Shown piece after piece: positions 9,299 to 17,515 of a stretch of DNA of 64,000 nucleotides; position 1 is the first letter of the stretch; every line of letters starts with the position of its first letter. The stretch covers positions 536,880 to 600,879 of the forward strand of contig CAKUSQ010000001.1 of the NCBI GenBank assembly GCA_934691225.1. Reading direction: 5' to 3'. Source of the DNA: an uncultured Opitutales bacterium. Its GTDB lineage: Bacteria > Verrucomicrobiota > Verrucomicrobiia > Opitutales > UBA9783. The notes under the pieces were generated by a model, which had not been told where the DNA came from, ran no database searches, and was given only the letters and a program-made list of their open reading frames with translations. The position numbers were made by a program, and so were the translations under genes.

Positions 9299-10048
9299 AT
9301 GGATTTAAACACAGTAGTTGATTTTTTAAATACCACGTTTCAAGTAAATAGAATTCAGGATTTTCCGAATGCTTTTAATGGTTTGCAGTTGGAAAATGAA
9401 GGTCGTATCTCAAAAATTGTAGGAGCAGTTGATGCTAATCGAAGCAGTATAGAAGCTGCTATACAACAGGGTGCGGATTTATTGTTTGTGCATCATGGAC
9501 TTTATTGGGATGGTGTTCAACCTATGATAGGGCCTGTATGGGAACTTTATCGTGAAGCGATGCAGGCGAATCTGGCTATTTATAGTCTGCATTTGCCTTT
9601 GGATGTGCATCCATTGTATAGTCATAATAGAGAAATTGCACGTGCTTTAGATTTATCAATAGATGGTTCATTTGCACATTTTATGAATCAATCCTGTGGT
9701 TTGATTTGTCAAAATAATTCAAAAAAATCTTTACAGGATAGTTTAGAAAAAATTTTCCCAAAATCTTTACATAAATTATGTTTTGGTGGTGTGCCTCAAC
9801 GTGTTGGTATTGTTAGTGGAAGTGGTGGCCAAGAGTTATTGAAAGAGATGTTGAAGGCAAACATTGATACATTAATAACAGGTGAAGTGCGTTATGCTGC
9901 GGTAAGTTTTGCACAGCTTCACAAACTTAACATTTATGCATGCGGACATTATGCTACCGAGTGTTTTGGTGTAAAGTCGGTCTTAAATTTATTGCATCAG
10001 CACACAAGACTTCCGTGTGAATTTATAGATACTTTTTGCGAATTATAA
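9299..10048 (+). CDS. Nif3-family dinuclear metal-centre protein (GTP cyclohydrolase 1 type 2 homologue)
   Basis: It begins MDLNTVVDFL, and the FVHHGLYW and ACGHYATE motifs are typical of YbgI/Nif3. The ATG at 9299 lies directly after the glmS stop. Confidence 0.8.
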   Translation: MDLNTVVDFLNTTFQVNRIQDFPNAFNGLQLENEGRISKIVGAVDANRSSIEAAIQQGADLLFVHHGLYWDGVQPMIGPVWELYREAMQANLAIYSLHLPLDVHPLYSHNREIARALDLSIDGSFAHFMNQSCGLICQNNSKKSLQDSLEKIFPKSLHKLCFGGVPQRVGIVSGSGGQELLKEMLKANIDTLITGEVRYAAVSFAQLHKLNIYACGHYATECFGVKSVLNLLHQHTRLPCEFIDTFCEL

Positions 10049-10114
10049 TAAAAATGTTCAAATAAGTTTATTTTCAAGTTTACTTTATAAAATTCTTTTT
10101 ATAAAAGTTTCCTT

Positions 10115-10834
10115 GTGCATGTATTGATACAACAGTTATTGAGATTGCAAGCATTAGAGAAAGCCCTTCTAGATACAGAAAAACAAATAGAAGGATGCGA
10201 TCGTAGTTTGGAGTCGTTTCAGCGTTTAGAGCAAAAGCTTAGAGAAGAACTCATTCTTTTAGAACAATCGTTAAAATCATTCGAAGAAAAATATCAGAAG
10301 GATGAAGCTCATTTAATAGAATTAGAAAGTTGTTTGATCCAACAAAAAACAAAGGTGTTGTCGTTGAAAAAAGCGGAAGAATATGCCGTTTTAGAAAGAA
10401 CAATCGAAGAATTGAAGCAGAAAATTTCAGCCTTGCAGGATGATTTAATTTTACGATTAGAAACGTTAGAAGCAATGCGGTTAGACCATACAAAGAAAGT
10501 AGCTGAAGTAGATGCTCAAGTAAGTGAATGCCAGAATAAAGCGCAACAATTGCTAGAACGTAAACATTTGTTAAAAATGAAAAAAATGCAGCAAGCAGAC
10601 GATATGCGCACGTTAGAGACAACGTTACAAGGAGATTTTTACCAGGCTTATCTAACTTTACGGCAATGCCACAAAACTATGCCATTTGTAGTTGAAATTA
10701 CAAATGATGAAAAATGTTCAGGATGTTTTTTGACATTATCGAAGACATTGGTGGATAAAGTAGAAAGTTTGGATAAACCACAGTTTTGTGAACATTGTGG
10801 GAGAATTTTGTACCGACTAAAAGAAGATGAATAA
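10115..10834 (+). CDS. Coiled-coil zinc-ribbon protein (COG1579-like; HP0958-type)
   Basis: About 190 aa of heptad-like coiled coil are followed by a C-terminal CSGC...CEHC zinc ribbon. It has a GTG start. It sits next to a Nif3 gene, a pairing I recall as widely conserved. Confidence 0.65.
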   Translation: MHVLIQQLLRLQALEKALLDTEKQIEGCDRSLESFQRLEQKLREELILLEQSLKSFEEKYQKDEAHLIELESCLIQQKTKVLSLKKAEEYAVLERTIEELKQKISALQDDLILRLETLEAMRLDHTKKVAEVDAQVSECQNKAQQLLERKHLLKMKKMQQADDMRTLETTLQGDFYQAYLTLRQCHKTMPFVVEITNDEKCSGCFLTLSKTLVDKVESLDKPQFCEHCGRILYRLKEDE

Positions 10835-11573
10835 ATATACAATTGCCATCCCTGCACGCATAGCTTCATCACGTTTTCCAGGAAAGTTACTGAAACTTTT
10901 AAATGGAAAACCTGTTGTTCAACATGTTATTGAAAGGATTAAACGTGTTAGAAATTGCTATGAAATTTACGTATTGACAGATAGTCCGCAGATTGAACAA
11001 TTAGCACTGTCTTTGGGGGTGAGAGCACAGATGACTTCTTCAGAATGTTGTTCTGGAACCGAGCGTATTGTATCTGTTTTGGATGTTTTGAAGGGAGATT
11101 GGATTTTCAATGTACAAGGCGATGAACCGTTTGTTGATCCAGAGCTCATTGAGGCGTTAATTGAAAAGACGAAAGATTTGGATGCACAGTTAATAACACC
11201 CGTGTATGCTTTAAAAACATTGGAAGAGGTTAATAATCCGAATGTGGTTAAGGTGGTTCGTGATTGTAATCAAAATGCACTTTATTTTTCTCGTAGCCCT
11301 ATTCCTTTTGTGCGAGATGGAGTGTCAACTGAAACTGTAGAAAAACGAATTTTTTGGGGGCATTTAGGAATTTATGGGTATCGACGTGATGTGTTAGAGT
11401 CGTATAAAAGGCTGCAGTTTAGTTATTTAGAAGCCGCTGAATCTTTAGAACAGTTAAGGTTTTTGTCAAATGGGTATAGAATTATGACCTACGAAGCTAA
11501 AGGTCGAACTGTTGCAATTGATACACAGGAAGATTTGATTAAAGCTGAAGCTATTATGCAAAAACAGCTATAA
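10827..11573 (+). CDS. kdsB: 3-deoxy-manno-octulosonate cytidylyltransferase (CMP-Kdo synthetase)
   Basis: IPARIASSRFPGKLL and NVQGDEPFV motifs, 248 aa, and an 8-nt overlap with the upstream gene. Confidence 0.9.
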   Translation: MNKYTIAIPARIASSRFPGKLLKLLNGKPVVQHVIERIKRVRNCYEIYVLTDSPQIEQLALSLGVRAQMTSSECCSGTERIVSVLDVLKGDWIFNVQGDEPFVDPELIEALIEKTKDLDAQLITPVYALKTLEEVNNPNVVKVVRDCNQNALYFSRSPIPFVRDGVSTETVEKRIFWGHLGIYGYRRDVLESYKRLQFSYLEAAESLEQLRFLSNGYRIMTYEAKGRTVAIDTQEDLIKAEAIMQKQL

Positions 11574-11578
11574 AAATA

Positions 11579-11676
11579 GCACTCAGGCACTCTACGGCAC
11601 AGAAAACTTTGACTACCGCTGCTACCTTCCGGTCCTGACGGGGTTCACAAATTTTTCTTGCATAGAACCCAAGTGC
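11579..11676 (-). ncRNA. ffs: Signal recognition particle RNA (small bacterial 4.5S type)
   Basis: The minus strand reads GCACUUGGG...CCCGUCAGGACCGGAAGGUAGCAGCGGUAG...CCUGAGUGC. The core matches the conserved domain IV sequence (E. coli 4.5S GGUCAGGUCCGGAAGGAAGCAGCC, from memory). The termini pair (GCACUUGGG / CCUGAGUGC). A promoter sits at the correct distance. Confidence 0.85.
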
Positions 11677-11682
11677 AAAAAC

Positions 11683-11711
11683 ATTGTCCTTTAAGTTTTA
11701 TCTTTTGTCAA
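11683..11711 (-). promoter_or_regulatory. Sigma-70-type promoter of the SRP RNA
   Basis: On the minus strand: TTGACA (11711-11706), a 17-nt spacer, GACAAT (11688-11683), then 6 nt to the G at 11676. Confidence 0.6.
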
Positions 11712-11781
11712 GTGATAAACGATATTTTTGTTTTTCACTTTATGATTGCAAAAGGGCACGTAAAGGACTTCAATAATTTTT

Positions 11782-13263
11782 ATGAGAAAAACAGGTGTTG
11801 TTCCTACAAGGGCTGAAAATTATTCAGAGTGGTATCAGCAAGTGATTCGTGCAGCAGATTTGGCCGAAAATTCTTCGGTACGAGGTTGTATGATTATCAA
11901 GCCTTGGGGGTACCAAATTTGGGAAACATTGCAGCATAAATTGGATACAGCATTTAAGGCAAAAGGATATAAAAACGCCTATTTCCCTTTGTTCATTCCT
12001 GTAAGTTTTTTGCAGAAAGAAGCTGAACATGTAGAGGGGTTTGCTAAAGAGTGTGCGGTTGTTACACATTCACGCTTAAAGTTGAACGAAGATCATCAGT
12101 TAGTGCCAAGTTCTCCTTTGGATGAGCCATTAATTGTTCGTCCTACCTCAGAAACTATTATTGGTGAAACTTATGCACGTTGGATTCAATCTTATAGAGA
12201 TTTGCCATTACTTATTAATCAGTGGGCTAACGTTGTTCGATGGGAGATGAGAACGCGTTTGTTTTTACGGACGTCAGAATTTTTATGGCAAGAAGGACAT
12301 ACAGCTCATGCAACTGCGGAGGAAGCTGGTGAAGAAGCACTTCGTATGTTAGAAGTGTATCGAAAGATTGTTGAAGAGGAAATGGCCATTCCAGTTATGA
12401 TTGGTGAAAAAACGGCGAGTGAACGTTTTCCTGGTGCTGTGATAACCTATACGTTAGAAGGACTGATGCAGGATAGAAAGGCGTTACAATTAGGTACATC
12501 GCATTTTTTAGGGCAGAATTTTTCAAAAGCCATGGGAATACGGTTTGTAGATGCAGATGGTACGACAAAACATGTCTGGACAACTTCTTTTGGTATAACA
12601 ACGCGTTTGATCGGTGCGCTTATTATGGTTCATTCGGATGATGATGGGTTGGTGTTACCACCGAGAATTGCCAATTATCATGCGGTTATTTTGCCGGTTG
12701 TTCATGATGAAAATCAAAGAAAGCAGATAGAACAATATTGTGAAAATCTAAAGCAACAATTGCAGCAACAGCAGTGGTATTCAGATTTATCAATTCATAT
12801 AGATGATCGCGATATGCGTGGCGGTGAAAAACGTTGGCAGTGGATTAAAAAGGGTGTGTGTTGCATTATAGAAATTGGTGCCAAAGAAGTTGAGCAAAAT
12901 ACAGTTACTTTGAGTTGGCGCGATCAGTTGCAGAAGGAAACATTTTCTAAAGAAACTTTTGTAGCGCAATTTACAGCCAACTTGGATTCAATGCAGCAGC
13001 GGCTTTTTGAACGTGCAAGTGCATTTCGAAATGCAGCTATGCGTCGGATGAAAAATTCAGAACAATTTTATAAGTTTTTTAAAGAAAATGGAGGATTTGC
13101 GTTGGCGTATTGGTCTGAAGATCCTTCGGTGGAAGCTAAATTAAAAGAGGATCTTAAGGTTACTGTGCGTTGTTTACCTAAAGCTTTTCGTAATGAAAGT
13201 GGACAATGCTTGTTTACCGGTAAAGAAAATTGCCCGCTTGCTATTTTCGCTAAAGCTTACTAG
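11782..13263 (+). CDS. proS: Prolyl-tRNA synthetase, archaeal/eukaryote-like type (no bacterial insertion domain)
   Basis: NYSEWYQQVIRAADLAE...VRGCMIIKPWGYQIWE N-terminus, class II motifs, and a C-terminal domain ending in Tyr (FAKAY) as in this ProRS subtype. Confidence 0.92.
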   Translation: MRKTGVVPTRAENYSEWYQQVIRAADLAENSSVRGCMIIKPWGYQIWETLQHKLDTAFKAKGYKNAYFPLFIPVSFLQKEAEHVEGFAKECAVVTHSRLKLNEDHQLVPSSPLDEPLIVRPTSETIIGETYARWIQSYRDLPLLINQWANVVRWEMRTRLFLRTSEFLWQEGHTAHATAEEAGEEALRMLEVYRKIVEEEMAIPVMIGEKTASERFPGAVITYTLEGLMQDRKALQLGTSHFLGQNFSKAMGIRFVDADGTTKHVWTTSFGITTRLIGALIMVHSDDDGLVLPPRIANYHAVILPVVHDENQRKQIEQYCENLKQQLQQQQWYSDLSIHIDDRDMRGGEKRWQWIKKGVCCIIEIGAKEVEQNTVTLSWRDQLQKETFSKETFVAQFTANLDSMQQRLFERASAFRNAAMRRMKNSEQFYKFFKENGGFALAYWSEDPSVEAKLKEDLKVTVRCLPKAFRNESGQCLFTGKENCPLAIFAKAY

Positions 13264-13291
13264 TGCTTAGGTGTGCTAAACAGGATGATGG

Positions 13292-14347
13292 TTACAAAGT
13301 AACGTCTCTTTCATTGAGTGGATGTCCAAAAGGCAGGTCTGTTTTTGCAGCCTGTCCTAGTATTTTTTCCCAATAACGTGGGTGCAAACCAAAATGCGGA
13401 CGAATGATTTTTAAATTTTTTTCTGAAAAAACTTCGCCTTTTTTTATAGGTTGGCTGACATAAATAGAGCGTCGAAATTTCTTTTGTTTTTCAGCTTGAG
13501 GTATGAGCTTTATTTCTTTTGATCCTAAACTTTGATATAAGGTTTTTCCTTCTTGAACCATTTGTTGAAATTCGTGAGGCTCAAGAGAAAAATTACCATC
13601 TATAGTATCAGATTTTCTGGATAAAACAAAATGTTTTTCTACGATGCATGCACCTAAAGCGATAGCTCCCATGATAATTGCTGAATGTAAAGAACAATCT
13701 GAAATGCCTACCGGATAATGAAAGGATTTCAATGTTTGTAACGCATTTAAATTAAAATTTATAGGATTTGCTGGGGAAGCACAGATGCACTTTAATAGAA
13801 CAATGAATTTGCACCCATTGGTTTCAAGTGTTTCAATGGCTTCATTAATTTCATTTTCAGATGCCAATTCTGTGCTCAGCAGAACAGGTTTACCAGTTTG
13901 TGCTATTCGTTTTAAAAGCGGAATATGATTGATTTCAAACGATGAAATTTTGTAAATGGGCGGTTGAAGTGTTGTTTCGAGGAAATCAACGGCACTTTCA
14001 TCGAATGGGGTTGAAAATAGTGTAATCCCAACCTTTTTGGCGTAATCTGCTAAATCTTCATACCATTCCCAAGGGGTATAGTTGGTTTTGTATAGATCGT
14101 ATAAATATGTATTTTCCCACGGGCCTTTAGCTTTAAAATCTTCGTTTCTAATCGGCAAAGTGACGGTGTCTGCCGTGTAAGTTTGAAGTTTCACTGCATC
14201 TGCACCACTATTTTTAGCAGCTTTGATCAAAGCTTTTGCTTGCTCTATGCATTGTTGATGATTGCTTGACAGATCTGCGACAAAATAGGGAGAACATTTA
14301 TCTCCAATTTCACGACCATCTATATATATGCAAGTGTTAGAGGCCAT
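13292..14347 (-). CDS. pseI: Pseudaminic/N-acetylneuraminic acid synthase family (NeuB/PseI) with C-terminal SAF domain
   Basis: The translation aligns along its whole length with the Campylobacter/Helicobacter PseI sequence I remember: ADLSSNH, DAVKLQTY, PFDESAVDFLE, YKISSFE, IVEKHF, and C-terminal IIRPHFGLHPRYWEKILGQAAKTDLPFGHPL. The PseI versus NeuB/LegI subtype is uncertain. Confidence 0.8.
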   Translation of the reverse strand: MASNTCIYIDGREIGDKCSPYFVADLSSNHQQCIEQAKALIKAAKNSGADAVKLQTYTADTVTLPIRNEDFKAKGPWENTYLYDLYKTNYTPWEWYEDLADYAKKVGITLFSTPFDESAVDFLETTLQPPIYKISSFEINHIPLLKRIAQTGKPVLLSTELASENEINEAIETLETNGCKFIVLLKCICASPANPINFNLNALQTLKSFHYPVGISDCSLHSAIIMGAIALGACIVEKHFVLSRKSDTIDGNFSLEPHEFQQMVQEGKTLYQSLGSKEIKLIPQAEKQKKFRRSIYVSQPIKKGEVFSEKNLKIIRPHFGLHPRYWEKILGQAAKTDLPFGHPLNERDVTL

Positions 14348-14357
14348 TTTTATACAT

Positions 14358-15035
14358 TTAATTCGTTATTTTTAAGAGATCCAAGCGATTTAAAAAATCA
14401 ATACCTTCATCGTACGTTTGCAGTTGCTTTTTGTAATTTTCAAAGCTATTTGCATCATTTCTTTTTTCAGCAATTAAGCATAGAGCATATAATGCTTGGG
14501 CGCGTAAATACTTAAATGTGCATTTATACAATTCTAAGAAAGCGGTTTCAGCCACATCCAATTGCTGTATTTCAAGATTTGTAAAAGCATAACCAGCTAA
14601 CGCTTGTTCCTTGAGGGGGGAAATTTTTAATAATGTGCGTGCTTTTTGAAAGTAAAGAATAGCTTTTTCAGGATTTTTTTGTTCTAACAATGCGCTTGCA
14701 TTTTCCAAAAAAATAAAACCACGTAAGTTATTTAAAGCAGTTGGTAAAGAACCTTCAGCCCATTTAACGCGTTCTTCCAATGTGTTTTTAGTTGCGTAAT
14801 CAGCAATTAATTTTTGCGTTTTGTGTTGAGACCACTTTTGTAGAATAAAATAAAAACATAAAGCAACTAGGCAAACAATAGCAAAATTTAATAAATAATG
14901 AACATATTTCCCCAGCCAAGTCCAAATTTTTTTCTCAACAGGGACAGGAATTATATCTTGTAAATCTATCTTTTTTTTTGAGATTTTCCTCATAATTTCT
15001 AAATAATGATAACAGACATCATAATCACAAGTCAA
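14358..15035 (-). CDS. Membrane-anchored TPR-like protein (YfgM-like architecture)
   Basis: One TM helix (LLNFAIVCLVALCFYFIL) is followed by helical repeats resembling TPR (AILYFQKARTLL..., AETAFLELYK..., AQALYALCLIA). The start codon is uncertain. Confidence 0.5.
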   Translation of the reverse strand: MTCDYDVCYHYLEIMRKISKKKIDLQDIIPVPVEKKIWTWLGKYVHYLLNFAIVCLVALCFYFILQKWSQHKTQKLIADYATKNTLEERVKWAEGSLPTALNNLRGFIFLENASALLEQKNPEKAILYFQKARTLLKISPLKEQALAGYAFTNLEIQQLDVAETAFLELYKCTFKYLRAQALYALCLIAEKRNDANSFENYKKQLQTYDEGIDFLNRLDLLKITN

Positions 15036-15060
15036 TATCTATTATTGAAAAGAAAATGCT

Positions 15061-16311
15061 TTAGCATTTTTTAAATAACAACGCACCATTTTGGCCACCA
15101 AACCCTAGATTGTCAGAAATAGCAATATCCACATTTCTTTGAACTGCTTGATTTGGCGTGTAATTCAAATCACATTCAGGGTCAGGATTTTCATAATTGA
15201 TGGTAGGAGGAATCATACCGCTGGTGATTGTTTTCACGGTGGCAATAGCTTCAACAGCGCCGGCTGCACCTAGCAAATGTCCTAGCATTGATTTAATGGA
15301 ACTGATGTTGATTTTCTTTGCGTGTTCTCCAAAAACTTGTTTAATCGCAGAAGTTTCTAACAAATCGTTGTAATGGGTGGATGTACCATGCGCATTGATG
15401 TAATCGACGTTAGAAGGTTCAACACCTGCATTTGTTAGAAGATTGCGATAACAAGCGATTAAACTGCGTCCCGATGGTTCTGGACGTGTTATATGAAATG
15501 CATCGCATGTGGCAGCATAACCAGCCAATTCGCAATAAATGCGTGCTCCTCGCTTTTGCGCGTGTTCCAATGTTTCAAGCACCAATACACCTGCGCCTTC
15601 TCCCATAATAAAACCATCGCGTTGTGCATCAAAAGGTCGACTTGCACGTTCTGGACAGTCATTAAAGTGCGTGCTCATAGCTTTCATGGAGCAAAAACCT
15701 GAAAAAGCTAACATTTGAACAGCAGCTTCGCTTCCACCTGCTAGCATTACGTCAGCTTGTCCCATGCGCAACAAGTTATAAGCTTCACCAATTGCATGAG
15801 CACCTGAAGCACACGCACTTACGACACCAAAACTTGGTCCTCTCAATCCAAGTTCGATAGCAACGGTTCCTGAAGCAATGTTGCATATAGTTGAAGGTAT
15901 CATGAATGGAGAAACACGACGAGGACCTTTAGAGTATAGTACAAAAGATTGTTCTTGTATATGGAGCATTCCGCCAATGCCTGTGCCGATAATAACACCA
16001 CAATTGTCAGAATTTGCATCTGTTATCGAAAGATTAGCATCCTCTGCGGCCATTTTAGCTGCTGCTACAGCAAAATGTACATAAGGATCTGTTCGACTTG
16101 CTTCTTTAGCATCCATGTATTTTGATGGATCAAAATCTTTTACTTCAGAAGCAATTTTGGTAGGTAATTCGGAAACATCGAAGCGTGAAACACGTTGAAT
16201 ACCGGATTTCCCTACTAAGAGGGCCTTCCAAAAATCTTCAACATTATGCCCTAAGGCATTAACGGTACCTAATCCTGTGATAACAACTTTTTTCGGCTTC
16301 AATGGTTCCAT
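15061..16311 (-). CDS. fabF: 3-oxoacyl-ACP synthase II
   Basis: Active-site segments SACASGAHAIG, INAHGTST and SMLGHLLGAAG are present. The start is moved to MEPLKPKKVVITGLG (16311), just downstream of the acpP stop. The ORF-track start at 16365 would overlap acpP. Confidence 0.93.
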   Translation of the reverse strand: MEPLKPKKVVITGLGTVNALGHNVEDFWKALLVGKSGIQRVSRFDVSELPTKIASEVKDFDPSKYMDAKEASRTDPYVHFAVAAAKMAAEDANLSITDANSDNCGVIIGTGIGGMLHIQEQSFVLYSKGPRRVSPFMIPSTICNIASGTVAIELGLRGPSFGVVSACASGAHAIGEAYNLLRMGQADVMLAGGSEAAVQMLAFSGFCSMKAMSTHFNDCPERASRPFDAQRDGFIMGEGAGVLVLETLEHAQKRGARIYCELAGYAATCDAFHITRPEPSGRSLIACYRNLLTNAGVEPSNVDYINAHGTSTHYNDLLETSAIKQVFGEHAKKINISSIKSMLGHLLGAAGAVEAIATVKTITSGMIPPTINYENPDPECDLNYTPNQAVQRNVDIAISDNLGFGGQNGALLFKKC

Positions 16312-16318
16312 GCAAATA

Positions 16319-16576
16319 TTATTTAGTTTCTGCTTTTGAAGAGATATAATTAATAACTTCTCCAACAGTATTTAACTTTTCAGCATCTGTTTCAGGAATT
16401 TCTCCATTAATAAGATCTTTAAATTCTTCTTCCAAGTTCATAACAAGTTGAACTTGATCTAGGGAATCTGCCCCTAAATCATCACGAAAAGAAGCTTCAT
16501 TCGTAACTTGTTCAATTTTAACATTGAGCGTTTCTACTACAACACGCTTAATTCTTTGTTCAATTGTTTCTGTCAT
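16319..16576 (-). CDS. acpP: Acyl carrier protein
   Basis: [19 protein letters not shown] (phosphopantetheine Ser in DSL), 85 aa, located between fabG and fabF. Confidence 0.95.
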   Translation of the reverse strand: MTETIEQRIKRVVVETLNVKIEQVTNEASFRDDLGADSLDQVQLVMNLEEEFKDLINGEIPETDAEKLNTVGEVINYISSKAETK

Positions 16577-16647
16577 AATAATTTACTTTTTCTTTAGAGA
16601 ATGATTATTAAAGTAAGTACTTTTTCAATAAAATCAAGCGTAAAAGA

Positions 16648-17391
16648 TCACATTACCATGCCACCATCTACTTTTATGACTTGTCCTGTGATATAATTAG
16701 CCTCCTCTGAAGCTAGAAAAACAGCCATATCAGCGACTTCTTTTGCTTCACCAAAACGTTTTAGAGGAATTACTTTTTTTGCTTGTTCTACAATAGTTTC
16801 AGGCAAATTTTTTGTCATTTGTGTTTCAATTAATCCAGGAGCAATTGCATTAACGGTGATGGATCGGCAAGCAAGTTCCTTAGCTAGTGCTTTTGTAAAA
16901 CCAATTAAGCCAGCTTTAGCTGCACTGTAATTCGTTTGCCCAGCATTACCAATGACGCCAGAAACGGAAGAAATATTAATAATACGTCCCCAGCGCTTTT
17001 GGGTCATAGGACGAACCCATTGCTTACACAGGTAAAAAGCACTAAACAAATTGGTAAACAATACTTGTTCCCATTCATCGTCTTCCATGCGTACAAATAA
17101 TTTATCGCACGTAATCCCTGCATTATTAACTAAAATGTCGATTGTGGGATACTTTTCTAAAATATGTTGGCAGGTTTCCTTAATCGATGTTTTGCAAGAT
17201 ACATCCATTGGAAAAGCTTCAGCTTGCCCGCCTTGATCTACAATGGATTGAGCTACTTGTTGGCAATTGGTAGGCGTTTTACTGACGCATAATACCGTTG
17301 CTCCTTCCTGAGCAAATCGTTTTGCAATTGCTTGACCTATGCCTTTACCAGCTCCTGTAACGAGCGCAATTCGCTTGTCTAATTTTCCCAT
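16648..17391 (-). CDS. fabG: 3-oxoacyl-ACP reductase (SDR)
   Basis: TGAGKGIGQAIA Rossmann motif, NNAGI, and catalytic S...YSAAKAG. The fabG-acpP-fabF order is standard. Confidence 0.93.
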   Translation of the reverse strand: MGKLDKRIALVTGAGKGIGQAIAKRFAQEGATVLCVSKTPTNCQQVAQSIVDQGGQAEAFPMDVSCKTSIKETCQHILEKYPTIDILVNNAGITCDKLFVRMEDDEWEQVLFTNLFSAFYLCKQWVRPMTQKRWGRIINISSVSGVIGNAGQTNYSAAKAGLIGFTKALAKELACRSITVNAIAPGLIETQMTKNLPETIVEQAKKVIPLKRFGEAKEVADMAVFLASEEANYITGQVIKVDGGMVM

Positions 17392-17515
17392 AACGTTAAC
17401 TAATATTTATTATTTTTAATAGAAAAACAAGATGTAAGTGCATTTTTTTACAAAATTAATTTGCGAAAAACTGAGAAGGCTTTACGCTTAATTCAGGAAT
17501 TCTTCTTTATTTTTT

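Noticed and set aside
10251-10872. Antisense ORFs 10251-10622 and 10648-10872
   Set aside because: They lie opposite the COG1579 coiled-coil gene. Low-complexity coiled-coil codons commonly leave the opposite strand open.
11677-11781. Possible T-box or other leader upstream of proS
   Set aside because: The segment is occupied by the SRP RNA promoter on the other strand. It is too short for a T-box, and no specifier or T-box motif was seen.
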